DNA of 32,000 nucleotides from Vibrio vulnificus CMCP6 (GTDB lineage: Bacteria > Pseudomonadota > Gammaproteobacteria > Enterobacterales > Vibrionaceae): contig NC_004460.2 in NCBI RefSeq assembly GCF_000039765.1, positions 660,001 to 692,000 of the forward strand, read 5' to 3'. A program made the position numbers and the translations under genes. The notes beneath the pieces were generated by a model that had not been told where the DNA came from, did no database searches, and saw only the letters and a program-made list of their open reading frames with translations. Positions within the stretch are counted from its first letter, which is position 1; every line of letters begins with the position of its first letter. Of the stretch, positions 29,335 through 32,000 are shown piece after piece.

Positions 29335-30011
29335 CCATGAAAAAAATGACGGCGCTCGCCCTCTGGGGCGTAGCGCTCTTATTTCAGCCCCATGTTGGAG
29401 CCAAAGATTTAGGTCGTATCGGGGCGACTTTCCCTATCGGTGAAATCGATATGCTGGTCTGGATAGAGCAGCGTTTAAAGGGGTTTGAACAATCGGGCAA
29501 ACTGGCGGATATGCAGCAAGAGTTTGCTCAAAGAGTCGCTGAGAGTGTTGAGACCCCGCCACCGCTCTCACTCACCACTACCACCACCCCCGACACGTTT
29601 TTGGTTGACCCTAGTTTAACGCTGGCTAAGGACTTAACCGATGCCAAGGGCCAAGTCTTTGCGAAAGCAGGGACACGCATTAATCCCTTCGATACAACCA
29701 CTTGGCCAGAGCACAGTCGTCCCCCAAACCAATTTGAGTACTCCCATGTTTTGATCTTCTTTGATGCACGCGATGAGCAGCAATTGGCCTTTGCTCAGAC
29801 CTTTCAATCCAATAAACCCATCAAATGGATACTGACAGGAGGTAGCCCCAATCAAGCCTCAGAGCATCTCAACAGTCGCATTTACTTTGACCAACAAGGG
29901 GATTTATCCCAAAAGATGCACATTAAAGCAGTACCAAGCTTGGTTGAGCAATCGGGTATTCACTGGAAAGTGACGGAGTTTGACGTCAGCAACGAGGAGC
30001 CCAAACCATGA
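29331..30011 (+). CDS. traW: TraW conjugation protein
   Basis: Signal peptide; GRIGATFPIGEIDMLVWIEQRL ... LIFFDARDEQQLAFAQTF...IKWILTGGSP...RIYFDQQGDLSQKMHIKAVPSLV. Confidence 0.88.
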   Translation: MTMKKMTALALWGVALLFQPHVGAKDLGRIGATFPIGEIDMLVWIEQRLKGFEQSGKLADMQQEFAQRVAESVETPPPLSLTTTTTPDTFLVDPSLTLAKDLTDAKGQVFAKAGTRINPFDTTTWPEHSRPPNQFEYSHVLIFFDARDEQQLAFAQTFQSNKPIKWILTGGSPNQASEHLNSRIYFDQQGDLSQKMHIKAVPSLVEQSGIHWKVTEFDVSNEEPKP

Positions 30012-31015
30012 TAAACCGTCTCGGCTTAATATTGATGCTATTAGGAACCTTACTTTCAAGCTCTATTGCTCAAGCAAAAGCAACGTGCTCAGGGCACTTT
30101 ATTAACCCTATCAGTGATATTTGCTGGAGTTGCATGTTTCCGATGACCGTAGGCTCTGTGCCTGTCATTCCCTCAAATTATCCTGACACTCGCAACCCGA
30201 CGATGCCTATCTCATACTGCCCCAAACCTCCCCCTATTTTCGTACAGATTGGCTTGAACATTGGCTACTGGGAGCCGTATGCATTGACCGATGTTACGAG
30301 AGTACCTTACTGCATGGTCAATATGGGAATGGAGTTAAGTGGCGCAAACATGCAAAAGTTAGGAGGTCGCACGACAGCAAGGGAATCAGCCAGCAGCGAC
30401 GGGGGGGTTTATCATGCTCATTGGTACAAGTACCCGGTAATCTATTGGTTGCAATTAATGCAATCTACGGCCTGTATGGCAACTGATGCCTTTGATGTCG
30501 CGTATTTAACGGAGCTCGATCCGCTTTGGGATGATGATGAACTTTCTTTCATCTTAAACCCTGAAGCCATTTTATTTGGCAACCCCATCGCGCAGCTCGC
30601 CTGTGTCCCCGAAGCCATTGCGACCACCACTAACTCAGTATTACCTTTTGACGCTTTATTTTGGTGTTTAGGCTCTCAAGGCAGCGCCTATCCGTTAACA
30701 GGCAATACCAACTACCGAGATACACCAGTCCAAGCGGGTACACTCATCATGGAAAGGTTGAATTACAAACTGCACAGGCAAGGCATTGTGTGGGAAACAC
30801 TCGGGGAAGATGGCGCAATTTGTTATCAATACCCAACGCCTATTTTACCCAAATCTCGTTACCGCTATCAGATGAGCGCCCCGATCCCCGATGCAGGATG
30901 GTGCCACCCTTACACCACTACAACAGCTATATGGGAAATGGGACACGATAACCCGACTACTGGGGATAACTTTGGTTATGTCCAATGGCGTAAACGTAAC
31001 TGCGTATTTCTATAG
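30008..31015 (+). CDS. traU: TraU conjugation protein
   Basis: CSGHFINPISDICWSCMFPMTVGSVPV...YCPKPPPIFVQIGLNIGYWEPYALTDVTRVPYCMVNMG. Confidence 0.92.
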   Translation: MINRLGLILMLLGTLLSSSIAQAKATCSGHFINPISDICWSCMFPMTVGSVPVIPSNYPDTRNPTMPISYCPKPPPIFVQIGLNIGYWEPYALTDVTRVPYCMVNMGMELSGANMQKLGGRTTARESASSDGGVYHAHWYKYPVIYWLQLMQSTACMATDAFDVAYLTELDPLWDDDELSFILNPEAILFGNPIAQLACVPEAIATTTNSVLPFDALFWCLGSQGSAYPLTGNTNYRDTPVQAGTLIMERLNYKLHRQGIVWETLGEDGAICYQYPTPILPKSRYRYQMSAPIPDAGWCHPYTTTTAIWEMGHDNPTTGDNFGYVQWRKRNCVFL

Positions 31016-31029
31016 CAAGGAATCTCTCA

Positions 31030-31324
31030 TGGCGTTACCAAGCTGGATAAAAGCACTTCTAAAAGCGTTAGTGTTACCGCAATCATTTTAACGTTCGTCG
31101 CCGCTGGTCAGGCGTCACAGTACATCACTTCATCAAAAGAGCTTCGATTTGAGGCAATCGCTCACGGGAAGCTCACGCACCCTGAGCAAAGCGAACTGGT
31201 ATAGAAATATGTGTCCATCTGTCTCAACGGAAAAGCCATTGGTGCTCATGATCTTATGCAAGAAATGCAGTGCATCGATAACCAATTAAGCACACTAGCT
31301 TGGGCACTCTCTCTTATTGAATAA
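31030..31324 (+). pseudogene. Degenerate small ORF between traU and downstream cargo
   Basis: Continuous reading GVTKLDKSTSKSVSVTAIILTFVAAGQASQYITSSKELRFEAIAHGKLTHPEQSELV*KYVSICLNGKAIGAHDLMQEMQCIDNQLSTLAWALSLIE* with one in-frame TAG and no in-frame ATG at its start. Confidence 0.45.
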
Positions 31325-31419
31325 CGCTCGCTTTTGGCTGCGATAACGAGCGAAGCTCTTGTTGAGACAAAAGGAGTACCACGTCAAGCGTGGATAACAT
31401 CACTACAAAAAGGTTAACC

Positions 31420-31602
31420 ATGATTCTATTGATTACCGAGGAAGTCAATGCGGCATCTCAAAACACTGACATCGATATCGTTAATTTTAAAATTGTTGAA
31501 GGCGAGCCAACACTAAACGACGTTACTCAGCTTCTCAACCAAGAGTTAGAGTATGTATTCACCCCTTCTTACTCACAAGAAGATAAAACAGGGCGGTTTT
31601 AA
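31420..31602 (+). CDS. Small hypothetical protein
   Basis: MILLITEEVNAASQNTDIDIVNFKIVEGEPTLND...; ORF track starts at 31390, alternate start 31420. Confidence 0.4.
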   Translation: MILLITEEVNAASQNTDIDIVNFKIVEGEPTLNDVTQLLNQELEYVFTPSYSQEDKTGRF

Positions 31603-31654
31603 AGCCTGCCCTACGAATGCATTAAAGGGATGCACTTTAACGTAGAGGAGCACA

Positions 31655-31894
31655 ATGAACTTCATCACTGATACAGATTGCGAACAAGCCCGAAAACTCC
31701 TCCTTAAACATAAATTCAGCCTAATGAAACTTCAGCACCCTGACGGCCATCAACTTGCCTGCTTCCCTCCCCCGCGACAAGGTTGGACACCTTACGATTT
31801 ATGGCAAATGCGACAACAATTCCCCCCTCAATGGGAAAACACAGCGGTTCTTGCTTACTTACGCGATACGCCTATAGGGGGAACCCAAATTTAA
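31655..31894 (+). CDS. Small hypothetical protein
   Basis: 79 aa, RBS-like GTAGAGGAG before ATG; MNFITDTDCEQARKLLLKHKFSLMKLQHPDGHQLACFPPPRQG. Confidence 0.5.
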   Translation: MNFITDTDCEQARKLLLKHKFSLMKLQHPDGHQLACFPPPRQGWTPYDLWQMRQQFPPQWENTAVLAYLRDTPIGGTQI

Positions 31895-31903
31895 GGAAAT
31901 CCC

Positions 31904-32000
31904 ATGATATACATGCGATCATGTTTAATCGGGTTATTGACCCTGTTTTATAGTCATTTTGCTCTGGCAAACATCGGTTATACTCAAAACGAGCTCAAAG
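31904..32000 (+). CDS. Secreted protein N-terminus, probably next conjugation gene; truncated by window end
   Basis: AAGGAAATCCC ATG; MIYMRSCLIGLLTLFYSHFALANIGYTQNELK signal peptide. Confidence 0.5.
   Translation, partial: MIYMRSCLIGLLTLFYSHFALANIGYTQNELK

Noticed and set aside
1-32000. CRISPR array, tRNA or rRNA genes
   Set aside because: No regularly spaced direct repeats and no recognisable tRNA or rRNA sequence seen on reading; absence not confirmed computationally.

Overview
The window reads as Vibrio-type chromosomal DNA (genus is an inference from gene content), in three blocks. (1) ~1-12.2 kb is ordinary chromosomal content: an MBL-fold hydrolase tail, a CDF cation transporter (DmeF-like) plus MarR regulator, two VOC/glyoxalase proteins, a RhlE-type DEAD-box helicase, a CatB-like acetyltransferase, GNATs, a secreted sphingomyelinase-like enzyme overlapping a lipase-chaperone-like gene, a 127-bp ERIC-like element, rnk and a TrmH/SpoU-type RNA methyltransferase. 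(2) ~12.3-21.4 kb is accessory: a decayed IS3-family element interrupted by a decayed IS30-family element, a single-domain voltage-gated ion channel with a TxExW filter motif, and a convergent tightly packed minus-strand operon. That operon encodes a WYL-type regulator, a membrane-anchored coiled-coil protein with a YwqK/MORN-like tail, a TerB-like protein, a coiled-coil protein and a large protein with an HNH-like motif and hydrophobic helices. It is the best candidate for an undescribed (possibly defence) system. It is followed by a 3' fragment of guaC (GMP reductase), which looks like an integration junction. (3) ~21.4-32 kb is the front of a conjugative element with an F-type transfer operon (traA, traL, traE, traK, traB, traV, traC, trbI, traW, traU). 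traC has an apparent internal deletion/frameshift just before its Walker A motif, and a further small ORF after traU is broken by an in-frame stop. No database searches were run; family calls are from recognised motifs and protein sequence character.
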